A stretch of DNA of 64,000 nucleotides from assembly GCA_016839555.1 (NCBI GenBank), contig JAEOUA010000006.1, positions 448,001 through 512,000 of the forward strand. The letters are read 5' to 3'. A program made the position numbers and the translations under genes. Every line of letters starts with the position of its first letter. Position 1 is the first letter of the stretch. Of this stretch, positions 29,664 to 40,276 are shown piece by piece. The stretch comes from Promethearchaeota archaeon (GTDB lineage Archaea; Asgardarchaeota; Lokiarchaeia; Sigyniarchaeales; SOKP01). The notes beneath the pieces are model-generated. The model was not told the origin of the DNA, did not search any database, and worked only from the letters and a program-made list of their open reading frames with translations.

Positions 29664-31067
29664 ATGACTAAAAAAATTAAACTATTTGGACTTACCAGTA
29701 TACCCCATATAAAAAAAGGGGATGATATAGTTCAAATCATTTGTGATTCATGTCAGAAAGAAGATTTTACATTGCAAAATGGAGATATCATATTAATCGC
29801 CCAAACAATTATCACTAAAAGCTTAGGAAGAATAAAAGACTTAAAAGAAATTACTCCGAGTCCAGAAGCTTATGAAATATATAATAAAATAAAGCCATTA
29901 GCTAAAGCAGAAAATATTCCCTTAAAATCTCCAGAATTAATCCAAGTAATTTTAGAGGAAAGTAAAAAGATACTAAAAGCGGAGCATGTTATTATCACCG
30001 AAACAAACCAAGGTTTTATATGTGCAAATGCGGGTATTGATAAATCAAATATAGAAGGAGAAACAAAAATTGGACTTTTACCTAAAAATTGTGATTTAGA
30101 GGCTCAAAAAATTTGTAAAAGAATCCAAGATATTACGGGAAAAAAAATTGCAGTTATCATAACCGATTCATTTGGTCGACCATTTAGAATTGGTTCTGTT
30201 GGAGTTGCTCTGGGTACAGCTGGAATTAGCCCACTTAAAGATCAAAGAGGTAAGAAAGATCTTTATGGAAAAACGCTACAAAGTACAATCATTGGACAAG
30301 TTGACAATCTTGCATCTTCGGCTCAATTGCTTATGGGTGAGACTAATGAAGGTCTCCCTATAATAATTATTAGAGGATATGAATTTGAGTATGAAAAATA
30401 TGCAAATATTTCTTCAATAATTAGAAAGGCAGAAACTGATCTTTTTCAAGAAAATTATGAACAATCCTTTGTAAAATTGTTAAAAAGTCGTAGAAGTTAT
30501 AAATTAAAATATTCTAAGAGGAAAGTAGATAAGAAGATCATAGAAAAATGTATAGAAATTGCCAATTGGGCCCCTAGTGCTCATAATGCCCAACCATGGC
30601 GATATATTATCTTAGAAAGAGGAATATTAAGAAAAAAACTCATAGATAAGATGAATGAAAAGTATAAATCCGATTTAAAAAAAGATGGAAAAAATAAGAG
30701 TCAGATAAAAAAAAGGATTCAAAAGACAAGAATTCAATTTCTCGACTGTCCAGTCTTAATTTTATTATGTTTAGATAAACATGACCTTGATAAATATCCG
30801 GATAAAGAGCGCAATAAAAAGGAACATATTTTAGGAGTACAAGGGATTTCAGCATCAGCGACATATTTATTAATAAGTTTTGAAATAATGGGTCTTTCAG
30901 CCTGCTGGTATTGTGCTCCTTTATTTGTTAAGAATATAGTAAGAGAAGTATTAAATTTGCCAAAAAATATAGAACCTTTGGCTTTTTTCACAGTGGGATA
31001 TGGTAAAAAAACTAAAATAAAAGCACCAATTAGGAAAAGACTTAAAGATATAATTCTCGAAATATAA
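29664..31067 (+). CDS. cofE: F420-0:gamma-glutamyl ligase CofE fused to a nitroreductase (FbiB-like)
   Basis: N-terminal CANAGIDKSN, ITDSFGRPFR, DQRGKKDLYG, MGETNEG; C-terminal RRSY...WAPSAHNAQPWRY...GLSACW...VGY. Confidence 0.9.
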   Translation: MTKKIKLFGLTSIPHIKKGDDIVQIICDSCQKEDFTLQNGDIILIAQTIITKSLGRIKDLKEITPSPEAYEIYNKIKPLAKAENIPLKSPELIQVILEESKKILKAEHVIITETNQGFICANAGIDKSNIEGETKIGLLPKNCDLEAQKICKRIQDITGKKIAVIITDSFGRPFRIGSVGVALGTAGISPLKDQRGKKDLYGKTLQSTIIGQVDNLASSAQLLMGETNEGLPIIIIRGYEFEYEKYANISSIIRKAETDLFQENYEQSFVKLLKSRRSYKLKYSKRKVDKKIIEKCIEIANWAPSAHNAQPWRYIILERGILRKKLIDKMNEKYKSDLKKDGKNKSQIKKRIQKTRIQFLDCPVLILLCLDKHDLDKYPDKERNKKEHILGVQGISASATYLLISFEIMGLSACWYCAPLFVKNIVREVLNLPKNIEPLAFFTVGYGKKTKIKAPIRKRLKDIILEI

Positions 31068-31083
31068 AATTATAAATAAAAAA

Positions 31084-32016
31084 ATGACAAAAGAACCATA
31101 CTTAATTTTAGCAGGAGGAGTTGGAGCTGCAAAACTTATTGAGGGGTTAGCATATGCTACCAATCCTAAAAATTTAAAGATTATTATCAATACAGGGGAT
31201 GATATCGAATTATTTGGACTTCAGATTTGTCCGGATTTGGATATTATTACTTATACTTTAGCAAATTTAGTTGATAAGAAGAAAGGGTGGGGTTTTAAAG
31301 ATGATACCTTTAATTGTTTGAGTATTTTAAAAAAATATTATAATTTTAATTGGTTTAATGCGGGAGATAAGGATTTGGCAACACATATTTATCGAACAGA
31401 TTTATTTAAAAAAGGACTTAAAAAATCTGAAATCACTAAACAAATATGTCAAAAACTTGGGATAAAATCTGAACTGATTCCGATGTGTGATGAACCATTT
31501 GAAACCTTAATAAAAACACCGCAAGGAATAATGCATTTTGAAGAATTTTATATTAAAAATCAATGTAAAGCCGAAATTATAGATGTCATTTTTAAAGGAA
31601 AAAACACAGCTAAGCCTGTTGATGGAATATTAAAACATATTTTAAACGCGAATAAAATTATCATTTGTCCCTCAAATCCTATAGTTTCAATTGGAACTAT
31701 TTTATCATTGCCACGTATTAGAGAAACTTTAGAAAAAGTTAAAGAAAAAGTAATGGCGATTAGTCCAATAATTAAGGGGAAGACTGTCAAGGGTCCAGCC
31801 GATAAATTAATGAAATGGAAGGGGTTGGAAGTATCTTGTTTTGGAGTTGCCCAATATTACAAAGATATAATTAAACATTATATAATTGATATTAGAGATT
31901 GTAAATATAAACCAATAATAGAAAAAAAATTAGATATTATAACATATTGTCATGATACATTAATGACAGATTTAGAAAAAAAAATTGATTTAGCCAAGTT
32001 TTTATTGAGTTTATAA
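31084..32016 (+). CDS. cofD: 2-phospho-L-lactate/phosphoenolpyruvate transferase CofD/FbiA
   Basis: LAGGVGAAKL, NTGDD, ICPDLD, GDKDLATH, PSNPIVSIG, VKGPADKLM. Confidence 0.93.
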   Translation: MTKEPYLILAGGVGAAKLIEGLAYATNPKNLKIIINTGDDIELFGLQICPDLDIITYTLANLVDKKKGWGFKDDTFNCLSILKKYYNFNWFNAGDKDLATHIYRTDLFKKGLKKSEITKQICQKLGIKSELIPMCDEPFETLIKTPQGIMHFEEFYIKNQCKAEIIDVIFKGKNTAKPVDGILKHILNANKIIICPSNPIVSIGTILSLPRIRETLEKVKEKVMAISPIIKGKTVKGPADKLMKWKGLEVSCFGVAQYYKDIIKHYIIDIRDCKYKPIIEKKLDIITYCHDTLMTDLEKKIDLAKFLLSL

Positions 32017-32039
32017 AGAATAATAGGGGGGATACAAAA

Positions 32040-33668
32040 TTATGGTTGTTCTGAGGGTGCTTCTTCTTCAATCCCTAAATCCGGTTGATCTTCAAGAGAC
32101 TGAGCATCTTGAGGTTCTTCTTTCTTTACATAATCCCCAACTGTAGCAAGGATTTCTTGTACCTTTTTTTCTTGTTGTAATCTCATAACTAAATTTCTAT
32201 GTTTAATATACGCAATTACTTTAGCGATTATTGGGAAGATTAAAAGAAGGGGCACAAGAAGAAGTAATACTATTTCTGGAGAAATCATTGCGACACTTTC
32301 AGATATTGAGGGTGGAAGGTCTTGAAGAATCCATTTCGTGTGAATGATAATGTAGCTAATTATAATCAACATCAATATTCTGATGAGAGAATTTATAATA
32401 GTAGATTTTGCTATGTTTCTTGGTTTTGGAACAGAAGAACTTGCCGTTAAAGTGCTTTCTGCTTCAATATCTTCCCTAAACAATCGATCTATATATCTTC
32501 CAAGTCTTCTTGTTTTTGAGGCTGCCCGGACAAGTTTTTTTTCTTCTTCCTCCAATTTTTTCTTTTCAATCATCTCTTTAACATAAGAAAACTTTTCTTC
32601 TTTTTTTCTTAAAAATTTCATAACAGATTCTTTTTCGAGTGCCATTTCTTCCATTTTCGTTTTTGCTTCTTTTTTAATTTTATCAATATTTGCTGTGATA
32701 CTTAAAGATTCTTTTTGTAGGAGATATAATTGTGTCTCTAATCTCTCACTTCTCTCCAAAGAGGGGCGAGTTACAAGATCTATATAGTTAATTTGAAAAG
32801 TTATTTCTAAAAAAACATAGCTTAATATTGCGAATAATGTTACTGGGCTCCCAAAAAAGGCGAAAAAGTCGTCTATTGGTAATTGAGTAAGTAATAGGCT
32901 TGAAGGATTTGCTATTTCATACAATATAGTAATATCAATAGAATTAAAGAATTGATCTAAACTAATAATAGTTGTAATATCACTATTTAATAGAAATATA
33001 ACGATTTCTGGATAATTGAGAGGGTCTAATAAGCTAAAAAGAGCTAAAATATCTCTATATCGAAGAAAAATAATTTTTTCCAAATAATCAGGAGTTTCAA
33101 CTAAACCAAAAAGTGCTAAAACTTCTCGAAACCCAAAAATCATTAAAGGGAAGATAAACATTAAAATTAAACAAACTATTGATCTTATATTATTTTTTGG
33201 CTTACTTTCAAATATTCCTCTTATAACATAATATGCAGCAAGTACGAATAAGAGTTGAAATAAAAATAAATATAACGTACCTAATAGGAGGAATAATTGA
33301 TCTATCATTAATCCAGGTATTTCTAATAATTCTGGAGCTGTTCCTAAAGGAAATGAGAACCATAAATCCAGAAGTTCTTTAAAAAAGGAATTAATTGTAT
33401 TGAAGAGTGTCCATTTTATATGAAAAAGGGAAATAATGATAACTATAAAGGTTATACCAATGCAAATAAGATATAATACAAAAAAGAGGGCATAACTTAA
33501 TAATTCCTTTAATTTTATAATAACATCAATAAATACCACATTACCTTCCGGAGTAATAAGTATCTCATTAAAGTCAAATAATTGCATAAAAATAGAAATA
33601 ATTCCAATAAATAATAAGCCATTCAAAGCTCTTAAAATATATAAATAATACCTAGTTATTTTATACAC
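32040..33668 (-). CDS. Polytopic membrane protein with a central coiled coil (last gene of the MoxR operon); start possibly ATA 33659
   Basis: Several TM segments flank an EK-rich coiled coil; 10 nt downstream of the DUF58 gene. Confidence 0.7.
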   Translation of the reverse strand: MYKITRYYLYILRALNGLLFIGIISIFMQLFDFNEILITPEGNVVFIDVIIKLKELLSYALFFVLYLICIGITFIVIIISLFHIKWTLFNTINSFFKELLDLWFSFPLGTAPELLEIPGLMIDQLFLLLGTLYLFLFQLLFVLAAYYVIRGIFESKPKNNIRSIVCLILMFIFPLMIFGFREVLALFGLVETPDYLEKIIFLRYRDILALFSLLDPLNYPEIVIFLLNSDITTIISLDQFFNSIDITILYEIANPSSLLLTQLPIDDFFAFFGSPVTLFAILSYVFLEITFQINYIDLVTRPSLERSERLETQLYLLQKESLSITANIDKIKKEAKTKMEEMALEKESVMKFLRKKEEKFSYVKEMIEKKKLEEEEKKLVRAASKTRRLGRYIDRLFREDIEAESTLTASSSVPKPRNIAKSTIINSLIRILMLIIISYIIIHTKWILQDLPPSISESVAMISPEIVLLLLVPLLLIFPIIAKVIAYIKHRNLVMRLQQEKKVQEILATVGDYVKKEEPQDAQSLEDQPDLGIEEEAPSEQP

Positions 33669-33678
33669 CTCATTAGTA

Positions 33679-35007
33679 TTAGTAGGCTCTCCCTTTCTTT
33701 TTTACATCAATATACTGCTTAATTAATTGCTCCATCAAATCATCAGGACCCGCATTTATTACATTTACCCCCATTCGTCTTACTGCTTGAGTAATTCTTA
33801 AAATATGTTCCATCATCTCCTCAGCAATTGCTTCTGCTAATGCTTTATCAGTAGCTGATAAATCTACTTCATGAATTTCAAACCATGGACTAAAAGGATT
33901 TATAATATATATATTATGATCGAATGGAATTAATTTTTTAATTGCTTTAACTATTTCATTAACATCAGTTTCTAAATCGGAAATTAAAAAAATTAGACTT
34001 CGTTTTTGGAATCTCCTTATAAAAAAATCCATCGCTTCAAATATTTTGCATTTCCCTTCAGGTTTAACTTTAGCTACAAAATCAAGTACCTGATAAAAAT
34101 AATCATCGCCCCTTCCTGGTTCTAAAAATCTGAAATTTTTTTTATCAGAAAAAGTAAATATACCCACATTATCTTTACGGGTTAATGCTATCTTTGTTAA
34201 TAGCATAGCTGATCTAATTGCATATTCGAATTTAGTATTATCAATCGCCCCACCAGCCATAGAATTTGAGGAATCAATTAAAATCATTACTGTGATATCA
34301 CGTTCAGTTTCAAATTCCCTAGTTATTAATTTTTGTAAACGAGCACTCGCCTTCCAGTCTATTAATCTAAATTGATCACCAAACACATATTTTCTCACCC
34401 CGTAAAATTCTGAGCCAAGTCCTTTTAGTTTGGATCTTTGGATTCCATAATTTAATTGCAATGATCTTTTAGAACCTAAAATTTCAATTTTTTTAATATC
34501 TTCATAAGGGGGATACACTAAAATATCTGTTATACTATTGGGAATGATTCTTTCAACGGAGTTAAACCCTAATCTATCTTTCAATGTTATGGATAAAGGA
34601 CCAAGAGGATATTCCCCGCGAACTTTTGGTTCAAGCACATAGGAAAATTTTATCGTTTCTTTTCCCCCAATCTGAGTACTGATAAAATTTTCGCCTAAGG
34701 TTAATTTAAATAATTCGGGATTATAAGAATCTTTTACTTCCACAAAATCGAAATTGTTTTTTCCGATATTCTCGATTATTACTTTTATGTGAACAAAATC
34801 ATCTTTAAATACTTTCTCTTTCTCAAGTTCTCTATGCACCTTTAACTCTTCAATATTCATTTGATAATAGAAAAAGGGAAGTGATATTACTGTGCTAAAC
34901 AGCAAAATAACTCCAAAAAATACGAGGAAATAATTTTCAAACGCAAAACCTGAGGCTAAAAAAAATATTCCCAGGATAAGTAATGTTCTTCCTCGTCCTC
35001 CGAACAA
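33679..35007 (-). CDS. DUF58 / vWA domain protein
   Basis: N-terminal TMs and Ig-like domain; GSEFYGVRKYVFGDQFRLIDWKASAR, MIDAS-like DSSNSM, FLISD. Confidence 0.9.
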   Translation of the reverse strand: MFGGRGRTLLILGIFFLASGFAFENYFLVFFGVILLFSTVISLPFFYYQMNIEELKVHRELEKEKVFKDDFVHIKVIIENIGKNNFDFVEVKDSYNPELFKLTLGENFISTQIGGKETIKFSYVLEPKVRGEYPLGPLSITLKDRLGFNSVERIIPNSITDILVYPPYEDIKKIEILGSKRSLQLNYGIQRSKLKGLGSEFYGVRKYVFGDQFRLIDWKASARLQKLITREFETERDITVMILIDSSNSMAGGAIDNTKFEYAIRSAMLLTKIALTRKDNVGIFTFSDKKNFRFLEPGRGDDYFYQVLDFVAKVKPEGKCKIFEAMDFFIRRFQKRSLIFLISDLETDVNEIVKAIKKLIPFDHNIYIINPFSPWFEIHEVDLSATDKALAEAIAEEMMEHILRITQAVRRMGVNVINAGPDDLMEQLIKQYIDVKKKGRAY

Positions 35008-35036
35008 TCCTATTTCACCTTTTTATTTTTCCTTTA

Positions 35037-36020
35037 TTAGATAGGAACTGGAATCTCTTCAATTATATTATTAATAACCGTTTTCACATCAAGCCCTTCC
35101 AGCTCAGCTTCAGGGTTTAGTAAGATTCGATGATTAAGTGTGGGAATAGTTAGCGATCTCACATCATCGGGAGTAACATATTTTCGACCGAGAATTGCAG
35201 CTCGAGCTTTTGAACATTTCATTAAAACCAGTGATCCTCGAGGACCTGCACCCATTTGAACTTGTGGATGATTTCTGGTTTTAAGAATAATATCTTTAAT
35301 ATATTTTAGAATTCTTTCATCGATATAGATTTGATTTATTATTTGTTGAGCGGCAATTATATTTTCTGCAGAAATAACTTTCTGGACTGAAGGATTATCA
35401 CCTGATAATTGGCGCCTCATAATTTCCACTTCTTCCTCTTGTTCTGGATAGTCAAGCCATAATTTAAATAGAAATCTATCAACTTGAGCCTCGGGTAAAG
35501 GATATGTGCCTTCCATTTCTACAGGATTTTCTGTTGCTACTACGATAAAGGGTTTATCTAGGCTTAGCGTTTGTCCTTCAATAGTTACTTGCCTCTCTGC
35601 CATAGCCTCTAATAGAGCGGCTTGAGTCTTCGGTGCACTTCTATTGATTTCATCTGCTAGTACCATATTTGCAAATAATGGGCCTTTTTGAAGGATAAAA
35701 CTTCCTTTTTCTTGAGAAAAGATTTTTGTCCCCGTAATATCGGCGGGAAGAAGGTCGGGAGTGAATTGTATACGACTAAATGATACCCCCAGAGTCTTAG
35801 CAAATGTTTTTGCAAGGACTGTCTTACCCAATCCTGGTACGCCTTCTAAAAGTACGTGCCCATTAACAAGGAGAGCAATAAATACTTTTTGAAGGATATC
35901 TCCATACCCTACAATCACTCTACTAACTTCTGAAAGAACTTCTTGAGCAATTTGTCGGATGGGTGTCACATCAAATTGTTCTTGTTCAGTATCCCTCGGA
36001 AGTTTACTTGGAACTGTCAT
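35037..36020 (-). CDS. moxR: MoxR family AAA+ ATPase
   Basis: HVLLEGVPGLGKT, RIQFTPDLLPADITG, LADEINR, NPVEMEGTYPLPEAQVDRF. Confidence 0.96.
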   Translation of the reverse strand: MTVPSKLPRDTEQEQFDVTPIRQIAQEVLSEVSRVIVGYGDILQKVFIALLVNGHVLLEGVPGLGKTVLAKTFAKTLGVSFSRIQFTPDLLPADITGTKIFSQEKGSFILQKGPLFANMVLADEINRSAPKTQAALLEAMAERQVTIEGQTLSLDKPFIVVATENPVEMEGTYPLPEAQVDRFLFKLWLDYPEQEEEVEIMRRQLSGDNPSVQKVISAENIIAAQQIINQIYIDERILKYIKDIILKTRNHPQVQMGAGPRGSLVLMKCSKARAAILGRKYVTPDDVRSLTIPTLNHRILLNPEAELEGLDVKTVINNIIEEIPVPI

Positions 36021-36119
36021 ATTATTTCATTTCCTTATTTAGTTTTTATATTTTTATTTTAAAATTTTAGTTTTTTTGATATTATAATTCGTTAATGGTA
36101 ATTTAATTATATATAGTTT

Positions 36120-38117
36120 TTATAAATTTGAGTTAACCCACGTCAACTCAAAATAGATTTTTTCAAAATTCTCTTTATCGTTTACATTCTTTTTACCCAA
36201 TTTTAATTGGGATATTAATATTATAAATTTGGCAATCCTTTGCAATTTATTTTTATTTACATTGGGATCTTTTGCTTGAACTAACTCAACCACATTTGTT
36301 GGAGTGATTTCTTTAGTTCCTAATTGTGCGTGAAGTTTTCGTTCTAATCTTCGATAAAGTAATAAAACTGCTTCTCTATATCTACTTTTTTTATGATACA
36401 TATTGATTTTTTTTGCAAAAAATGAAGAAGTTCGAAATCTAAGTTTATCTTCCTTTCTTTCTTGTTTTTCTATTTCTTTCTTCTCTTCTTCTTTCGCTTT
36501 TTTAGGTAAAAATTTTCTAAGAAGAATAACTGCGAGTAAAGGATAAATCCATGCAGTTATAGGATTCGTGCTTAATTGTATGATATATCTCATTACGAAA
36601 CCAAATATTCCTGCAGACGTCATATCATTAGTATCTTCTGGACGAATATGTGCTTCATCAATCGCAATGACCCATTGGGAAGGTATTTCCCCCTGATCTT
36701 GTCGTGTTAACCAGCTTATAACATTTATAGCAAATTGTAAGTTATCATATTTTGGATTAATGATTAGTTGATTATTCCATAAACTTGCATCAGAAGAGAT
36801 AAAAATACGAAAATTTCCGGTGTCTTTTGAAAGGAAAACCGCTGGCGTAAAAGGATATCCTAAAGGGAGATGTCCTTGAGTCAGATTCCAAAATTCTACT
36901 ATCTCTGTAGGCATAGCGCTTCCTTGTAAACTATAATATTGCAGCATAGTTTCATAAAGGAAATTTATATCTATGGCATCGTTATAATAGGTTAAATTTC
37001 CTACGGTGAATTTATAATCATATCTTCCATCGAAATTTTTGTCTACAAAACTATGTACATCACTACTACGAGCAACGACATTCCACCCAAAAAAATCAAT
37101 AAGAGGGCCTCCAGCTACCGCTGTAGCTTTTGAAAGAATAACTCTATCGACCCCTCTAGTAAATACATTTGCAGGATCATTGAATTGATCCTTTGTTATT
37201 ACAGGGAAAAGGGGATTTGTGTCAAAAGATTTATTATCCAATAAATATCCTTCTGCAAAAATGGTAACTGGTGTATTATTAATCGCACTTAAATCCATTT
37301 GATTAGCAGCAAATATTTCCCAAAGTAGTTCATAGGTAGATCCATGATCGTGGCATAATAAAAGAGAATTTTTTCCTTTGAAGAAGTTGATAAAAAAGGG
37401 AATTTCATATATTGGGTTGTAAAATTTGTTTGGTCCGAGCATTACTAATAAAACTGATTTACCTAATAAATTCAAAGTTTTGATTTGTTCTATTCTTTCA
37501 GTTGCACTTAGGCTCGATTGAATCGGCATAACTTCATACCCCATTAATTCCATTGTTTCTTTGAAAGTTGAGCAGCCATTCCAATCTTCATTATAAATCG
37601 AAAAATTTTGATCATTTTTTCCTTGATCAATTATAGGAGATAAGAAAGGGATTAAAGTGAAAATTAATACAATTGTTAAAAGTGCGGGTTGATAAATAGA
37701 GCCAAACGTTAATTTTTTAGTTTTTTTTGTTCGGTTTTTTTCTTGTATATTTCTTATAAGAAAAATAATGAAAAATAATCCAATAACTCCTGCAGCAAAA
37801 TAACACACAAATGGTATAACATTTAAATAAGGAGGAAGGGTGAATTGCGTTTCAAATTTTGATTGAATCAAGACTTTTAAACCGATATTAAGGGGATTAG
37901 GAGGAGGAAAACTTAAATCAATAAAGTTAAAAAACCTGAGTAAAAAATCTATTGAAAGATATTCAATATTTTCCTGAATCAGTGTTTGAACATTTTCATC
38001 ACTGCTAATATAATTACTTAGAAAATCTGTTAATAAGACACCAATCATTATTAAAACAATGATAATAGTAACATATAAAATACTTTTAACTACTGTTTTA
38101 CTTTTTCTTGATACCAT
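36120..38117 (-). CDS. DUF4350-like membrane protein with a C-terminal DUF4129-like region
   Basis: FSIYNEDWNGCSTF, ISSDASLWNNQ...DNLQF...IAIDEAH; N-terminal TMs; tail KSRYREAVLLLYRRL. Confidence 0.7.
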   Translation of the reverse strand: MVSRKSKTVVKSILYVTIIIVLIMIGVLLTDFLSNYISSDENVQTLIQENIEYLSIDFLLRFFNFIDLSFPPPNPLNIGLKVLIQSKFETQFTLPPYLNVIPFVCYFAAGVIGLFFIIFLIRNIQEKNRTKKTKKLTFGSIYQPALLTIVLIFTLIPFLSPIIDQGKNDQNFSIYNEDWNGCSTFKETMELMGYEVMPIQSSLSATERIEQIKTLNLLGKSVLLVMLGPNKFYNPIYEIPFFINFFKGKNSLLLCHDHGSTYELLWEIFAANQMDLSAINNTPVTIFAEGYLLDNKSFDTNPLFPVITKDQFNDPANVFTRGVDRVILSKATAVAGGPLIDFFGWNVVARSSDVHSFVDKNFDGRYDYKFTVGNLTYYNDAIDINFLYETMLQYYSLQGSAMPTEIVEFWNLTQGHLPLGYPFTPAVFLSKDTGNFRIFISSDASLWNNQLIINPKYDNLQFAINVISWLTRQDQGEIPSQWVIAIDEAHIRPEDTNDMTSAGIFGFVMRYIIQLSTNPITAWIYPLLAVILLRKFLPKKAKEEEKKEIEKQERKEDKLRFRTSSFFAKKINMYHKKSRYREAVLLLYRRLERKLHAQLGTKEITPTNVVELVQAKDPNVNKNKLQRIAKFIILISQLKLGKKNVNDKENFEKIYFELTWVNSNL

Positions 38118-38173
38118 TTTATTTAAAAAATACTATTCATTTTATTTTAATCCCAATTTAAAAAAGGAATTAT

Positions 38174-38545
38174 TTATAAATTTAAAGTAAAATCTTTCTT
38201 CTCAATTTCATTATAAATTCGAGAAAACAAATTTAAGGTGGTTCCAAATTGTTCTCGTGTTGGTTCTAAACCTCCGTAAATGATATCTTCAATCTGCTTC
38301 ACGAAAGGATATACAATTTCCGGTTTTTGTTCTAATTCGTTTACACATAAGATGGCATATTCTCTAATAGTCTGATGCGGAAGCCGAGGTTTATCATATC
38401 TTTCTTTAATTAGATCAGCGTAAATAAGATACACATATGCTATAGCTTCTTTCAATCTTCCAGAGTTTATGAGAATTTTAAGATTTTGCTTTTTCTTTTT
38501 TTCATCAAATTTCCTTTCCGGTTCTTTTTTAGTCAAGAATCCCAT
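38174..38545 (-). CDS. Stand-alone DUF4129 domain protein
   Basis: GRLKEAIAYVY...RLPHQTIREY...EDIIYGG. Confidence 0.7.
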   Translation of the reverse strand: MGFLTKKEPERKFDEKKKKQNLKILINSGRLKEAIAYVYLIYADLIKERYDKPRLPHQTIREYAILCVNELEQKPEIVYPFVKQIEDIIYGGLEPTREQFGTTLNLFSRIYNEIEKKDFTLNL

Positions 38546-38647
38546 TTTTTCTTACCTACAAGAGTTATTTATGTTATTTTTTTATATTATTTCTATTTGT
38601 TAATTGTTTAATTGATTTATTTATAATGATAATATAATAAATCTTAT

Positions 38648-40243
38648 TTAAAAATTTAAAATAAAATTATATCCCGTTAAGAGATAATATATAGGCGAAA
38701 ATAATTCAATAGAATTATAAAAATCTTCATCCGATAATGGAGTTGGGCGAGAATAGATAATTGCTTCAATATTTTGAATAAATGGATATATTTTTGTGGG
38801 ATCTAATCCGAATTCTTTCACTGATATTATTCCAAAATCCCTAATAGTTTCATTCGGATTCCGTTTCCTTCCAAATTTCCCTCCAACTAATTCCATATAA
38901 ATAGCACTAAATAAGTAAGTAAGTGCCTCCTCAATTCTGCCAGACTCTTTAAGAATTTTTAAGTTTTCAATTTTTCCTTCAAGCGGGATGGTAATTACTT
39001 TCGATGAGATAACATTTTTTCTATAATAAAGATATCCCATAATTGCTACTATGACAGCCGCCACGATGATGCTCGGAATACCAATTATTAAAAACCATTG
39101 AAATGGTGTTATTGTTATTCCCGATTCAGGGGTTCGAATAAGTAAAAAAAGTAGTAAATTAATTGGGTTAACTGTTAAATTAATATTTGATTCAATATTA
39201 GTGTTGCCTTTTAATTCAATCTTAATAGTTTTGGAACCCACTCCTGAAGGAATTAAGTAATTATGACCAAAATTTCCTGAATCATCAGTTGTAATAGTAC
39301 TAATAAGTCGAGTATCAAAATAGAGATTAAATTCTCTGTTAGAAATTTTTAATGAATTATTTCCAACTGCAGAGATTTCCCCTCTTATTTGAAGGATTTG
39401 CCCTTCATTGATCTTATTAGGGGTATTCCAAACTACTGTAATATTAGTAAAAATATTTATATTTTTAATCTTAGTTTCTGAAGATTTTACTTTATTCGAA
39501 ATATTTGGAAATTGTAATGTAAGATTTAATTGTCCTAAAATTGCATTGCTAGGAACTGGAATATTTGGTAGAGACCCATCTACATTTGAATATATTGAAT
39601 TATTAGGCCATGTAAATGAGGAGTTTTCCCATTGATAATAGATTTGTTCATTTGAAATTCCAGTTCCATTCTCATATCTAATAAATCCGTTAATATTAAA
39701 AGATTCTCCTGGTGAATAAGGCTCATCTGGTTTTGTTATTTGAAAATATGATGTCGTATTAACGTAAATAGTAAAATTATTTTTACAAATAATTAAATCT
39801 CCCCCAATGTCAGATATTACTTGAGCTTTTACTGTATGATTGGTATATACGTTTAAACTATCTGAAACAATATAATTAATCTGAAAAGTACCATTCTCAT
39901 CTGTAGTGGCATTATATAGTTTATTGACATGATTATCAATTTTGATAGCAACTATATAACCAGATTCACTCACATTTCCAAATAACTTTAAATCTCCTTC
40001 TAATGTAAAATTAGAGTTGTGAGAAAACATTTTATTATCAATCCAATAACTCGTGAGGTTAATCTCTCCAATAAGAGCAGATGGGTTTATATATTTTTTA
40101 TTTTTATAATTCTTGTAATTAATTTGGCTAACGTTATTTGTATTTAAAAAGAGGATTGATAATGAAAGAATTATTACTAAAATCAGAAAAATACTAAATA
40201 AATTCTTTTTTCTTAGGTTTTTCACTTTGAATAATTCTCTCAT
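38648..40243 (-). CDS. Membrane-anchored Ig-like repeat protein with a cytoplasmic DUF4129 domain
   Basis: Signal/TM, TDENGTF and TDDSGNF repeats with many NxS/T sequons, TM, then GRIEEAL...RNPNETIRDF...EAIIYS. Confidence 0.7.
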   Translation of the reverse strand: MRELFKVKNLRKKNLFSIFLILVIILSLSILFLNTNNVSQINYKNYKNKKYINPSALIGEINLTSYWIDNKMFSHNSNFTLEGDLKLFGNVSESGYIVAIKIDNHVNKLYNATTDENGTFQINYIVSDSLNVYTNHTVKAQVISDIGGDLIICKNNFTIYVNTTSYFQITKPDEPYSPGESFNINGFIRYENGTGISNEQIYYQWENSSFTWPNNSIYSNVDGSLPNIPVPSNAILGQLNLTLQFPNISNKVKSSETKIKNINIFTNITVVWNTPNKINEGQILQIRGEISAVGNNSLKISNREFNLYFDTRLISTITTDDSGNFGHNYLIPSGVGSKTIKIELKGNTNIESNINLTVNPINLLLFLLIRTPESGITITPFQWFLIIGIPSIIVAAVIVAIMGYLYYRKNVISSKVITIPLEGKIENLKILKESGRIEEALTYLFSAIYMELVGGKFGRKRNPNETIRDFGIISVKEFGLDPTKIYPFIQNIEAIIYSRPTPLSDEDFYNSIELFSPIYYLLTGYNFILNF

Positions 40244-40276
40244 TTTTCATCAAAATTTGTTGAAATTTTTATCAAA

